Shown one piece after another: positions 61,637 to 64,000 of a DNA stretch of 64,000 nucleotides. Position 1 is the first letter of the stretch. Each line of letters starts with the position of its first letter. The notes below the pieces were generated by a model, which saw only the letters and a program-made list of their open reading frames with translations, did no database searches and was not told the DNA's origin. The DNA lies in the NCBI GenBank assembly GCA_016181765.1, contig JACOYR010000004.1, positions 201,853 through 265,852 on the forward strand, given 5' to 3'. The position numbers and the translations under genes are program-made. Source of the stretch: Parcubacteria group bacterium. Its GTDB lineage: Bacteria; Patescibacteriota; Patescibacteriia; UBA2169.

Positions 61637-62191
61637 ACTTTCGCGATTCCCCGCTCCTTAACACGCCAGGCTAGCCCCCTCTCTTCAGAGAGCCTGGCCG
61701 GCCCGGCAGGCCTCGCCCTGCGGACGCACGTCCGTGCCTGTCCGGGCCACTGTACTTCGGCCTCGTTGCAATCAGCTGCCTTGGCTGCCCCCCAGCCAGT
61801 GCTTTGTCCGCTGATTGAGGCCGGAAGCCCAGCTTCTTTGCTCGCAACACCCCTCCGCGAGCACGGCGACAAGAAGCTGGCGCTGCGCGGAGGGTGCGGC
61901 GCTAGACGCACCCTCCGCGCTCATCTGCTCTTCTTAAAAAACCCACGTCGGTTGCCGCCGCGCGAGCAGATCGCCATCTGCTTTCTCCCTTGGCAGCCGA
62001 CACGCCGGCGGGCGTTTCTCATCTCGTCGCCCGCCGGCACCTTCCGCCGACCCGCTCCTCGGGCCCCAGCCGCAAAACGGCGGGAAAAGAATGGGTCGGC
62101 CGCCATGGCAGGCCTTCATCCTGGCATGGCAAGCCCGGCGGGTGGTGCTTTGCGGCTTCGGTCGCATTGCATCACCCCCGGGTCTTTTTTT
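61637..62191 (+). ncRNA. Candidate ~550-nt structured ncRNA of unrecognised family
   Basis: About ten consecutive GC-rich stem-loops, G-U pairs favouring the plus strand, cUUCGg loop, T7 tail, no credible ORF. Confidence 0.65.
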
Positions 62192-62193
62192 AC

Positions 62194-63285
62194 TTACAGT
62201 TTTCCCTTGCTGACGGCAGTGCGGATGCGGCGCATCAATTCAAGGTAAAAATCCACGTTATTGAGCGTGGCGAGCCGCACTGCGAGCGGCTCTTGTGTTT
62301 TGAAAAGGTGGTGCAGGTACGCGCGCGAATACGTTTGCAGCTCTTTGATGTGTGATTGCGCGTTGATGGGAACAAAGGACTTTGCGAATCGCGCGTTGGT
62401 GATGGATGCGGCTTCGTACCCGAATCCCGCGCCTTTCCAAAAGTACAGCCGAGCGTGCCTGGCTTCGCGCGTGGGAATCACGCAGTCAAACAAATCAATG
62501 CCGCGTTTTACGGCCGCAACAATCTGTTCCGGCTTGCCCACGCCCATAAGGTAGCGCGGCTTTTCGGCCGGAAGTTCGGGGACCGTGTACTCAAGGACTT
62601 TGAACATGTCGCTTGCCGGCTCGCCGACCGCCAAACCGCCGATGGCATACCCGTCAAAATCCAGATTGACCAATTCGCGCGCTGATTTAAGGCGCAAGTC
62701 CGGATGGATTGAACCCTGTACAATTGCAAACAACAGTGCGTTATTAAGATTGCCGCGTCGCTTCGCTCCTCGCAATGACATAGTAGCCCACTTCGTCGTC
62801 AACTCTACTGCGCGTTCCGCTTCTTTGCGGGAGCAGGGGTACGCCGGGCACACGTCAAGGACCATGCGGATGTCCGAACCGATCACTTCCTGGATCTCCA
62901 GGGCTTTTTTCGGAGTCAGCAAAAACTCTCTGCCGTCTCTGTGCGACCGAAACCGGACGCCTTCCGGGAGAATCTTGCGGATCTTTGCCAGTGAAAAAAC
63001 CTGGAACCCGCCCGAGTCCGTAAGCAACGGGCCGTGCCAATCCATGAACTTGTGCAAGCCTCCTGCCTTTTTCAAAATTAACAGCCCGGGCTGCAACAGC
63101 TGGTGATACGTATTTGAGAGGATGATCTGCGCTTTGAGATTGCGCATATCATCTCCGGTCAAAGATTTGACCGCGCCCTTGGTTGCGATGGGGCAAAAAA
63201 ACGGCGTCTGGATAGAGCCGTGCGGCGTCTTGAGCGTGCCGAGCCGCGCCAGTGAGCGCCTGGATTGTTTGCGGATAGCGAACAT
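62194..63285 (-). CDS. tgt: tRNA-guanine transglycosylase
   Basis: LSNTYH, TDSGGFQVFSL, GGLAVGE, YLMGVG, FDCVIPTR. Confidence 0.96.
   Translation of the reverse strand: MFAIRKQSRRSLARLGTLKTPHGSIQTPFFCPIATKGAVKSLTGDDMRNLKAQIILSNTYHQLLQPGLLILKKAGGLHKFMDWHGPLLTDSGGFQVFSLAKIRKILPEGVRFRSHRDGREFLLTPKKALEIQEVIGSDIRMVLDVCPAYPCSRKEAERAVELTTKWATMSLRGAKRRGNLNNALLFAIVQGSIHPDLRLKSARELVNLDFDGYAIGGLAVGEPASDMFKVLEYTVPELPAEKPRYLMGVGKPEQIVAAVKRGIDLFDCVIPTREARHARLYFWKGAGFGYEAASITNARFAKSFVPINAQSHIKELQTYSRAYLHHLFKTQEPLAVRLATLNNVDFYLELMRRIRTAVSKGKL
62747..62781. repeat. In-frame REP-like palindrome (family 2) in tgt
   Basis: agattgccgcgtcgcttcgctcctcgcaatgacat; encodes MSLRGAKRRGNL. Confidence 0.7.
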
Positions 63286-64000
63286 TACTCAATGTTTCCC
63301 AATGTCACGCCGTTCAGAAACAGCTCCATTGCCTCCCCGGCCGCATCATCAACCACTTTGAATTCACTGCGCTCAAGGAGGGCCGCGGAATCCGAAAGCG
63401 CGGACGTTGGAGTAACGCCGATCTTGAAGCGCACCTCAATGGGCAGCTCAAGCGCTGGCACGCGTGATGCCTTCCACACAACGTTCCGCGTGCCTGGGTC
63501 AAAGCTGATTTCGCCGACCGCGAGGCTTGTATCGTCTTTCCACGAAACAGGGCTCGGCAGCCGTACTGCGAGCGTAAGGTCGCGCAAGCCGGACGTGGTT
63601 GGCCCAATGTTCCACTGCATGACGTACACCGTCTCCTGGCCCGGGAGCGGCGGGTGCGGGCCCGATCCCAGAACCGCGCCTTCAGGGCTCGTATACAAGC
63701 CCATGATGTCAAAATCAATATCCGCGAGAATGTTGATGAGATGCTCTTCGCTTACGACAGAAACCTCCTGGTCCCCGAGCTTGGCTTTAACCTCTGCCCC
63801 GGCAACCAAGCGAGGCACTCCGGCAAATCCGCGCGGCGGCCGCTTGGCTGTGGTGAGGCTCAAGCGCAGCGCGGCACTTGCGTCCGGGCGCAACGAATCC
63901 AGAGCCGGCGTTGTGGCGGTGTCCCAGAACACGCTGCCGGATTCGTAGAACCCCCCGTTCTGAATGTTGAGGGATGCGGAGTCCCACAGGCTCTCGCTGG
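63285..64000 (-). CDS. Hypothetical beta-rich protein, C-terminal part
   Basis: ORF abutting tgt with GSGPHPP..GQETVY..W motif; 5' end probably outside the window. Confidence 0.65.
   Translation of the reverse strand, partial: SESLWDSASLNIQNGGFYESGSVFWDTATTPALDSLRPDASAALRLSLTTAKRPPRGFAGVPRLVAGAEVKAKLGDQEVSVVSEEHLINILADIDFDIMGLYTSPEGAVLGSGPHPPLPGQETVYVMQWNIGPTTSGLRDLTLAVRLPSPVSWKDDTSLAVGEISFDPGTRNVVWKASRVPALELPIEVRFKIGVTPTSALSDSAALLERSEFKVVDDAAGEAMELFLNGVTLGNIE

Noticed and set aside
61575-62193. T-box leader for glyQS, RNase P RNA, tmRNA, or the 220-aa ORF 61586-62248
   Set aside because: No T-box GGTGGNACC, no GAGGAAAGTCC, no tRNA-like CCA end; the ORF lacks a good start or SD and has low-complexity composition; structure polarity favours a plus-strand RNA

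Overview
Chromosomal 64-kb window, inferred from gene content and style to come from a Patescibacteria/CPR (Parcubacteria-like) bacterium using genetic code 11. The housekeeping backbone holds dnaE (partial), a short thrS, miaA, gatB, a dcd/dut-tmk/thyA/folA thymidylate operon, secE-nusG-rplK-rplA, gyrB, pheST, a UvrD-nuclease, the full atp operon, rmuC, tatD, metG, an M16 peptidase, mpg, glyQS and tgt. Five things stand out. (1) At 5.3-13.2 kb an integron-like locus has a tyrosine recombinase lacking the IntI-specific insertion, an attI-like site, three branched attC-like repeats and AT-rich cassettes with long terminal inverted repeats. (2) At 28.7-31.2 kb an operon of orphan and lipoprotein genes is separated by ~200-bp structured repeats (boxB/boxA-like plus a covarying stem) and flanked by toxin-antitoxin and Fic modules. 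(3) A ~550-nt highly structured candidate ncRNA with C/U-rich loops lies between glyQS and tgt. (4) Palindromic REP-like elements are inserted in frame in gatB, pheT (twice), uvrD, tatD, glyQS and tgt. (5) Many housekeeping genes look leaderless, while orphan genes have promoters, leaders and SD sites. Several genes (metG, rmuC, M16 peptidase) carry ~100-bp frameshifting deletions that are probably assembly artefacts. No rRNA, tRNA or CRISPR array was seen. All calls are by eye, with no database searches.
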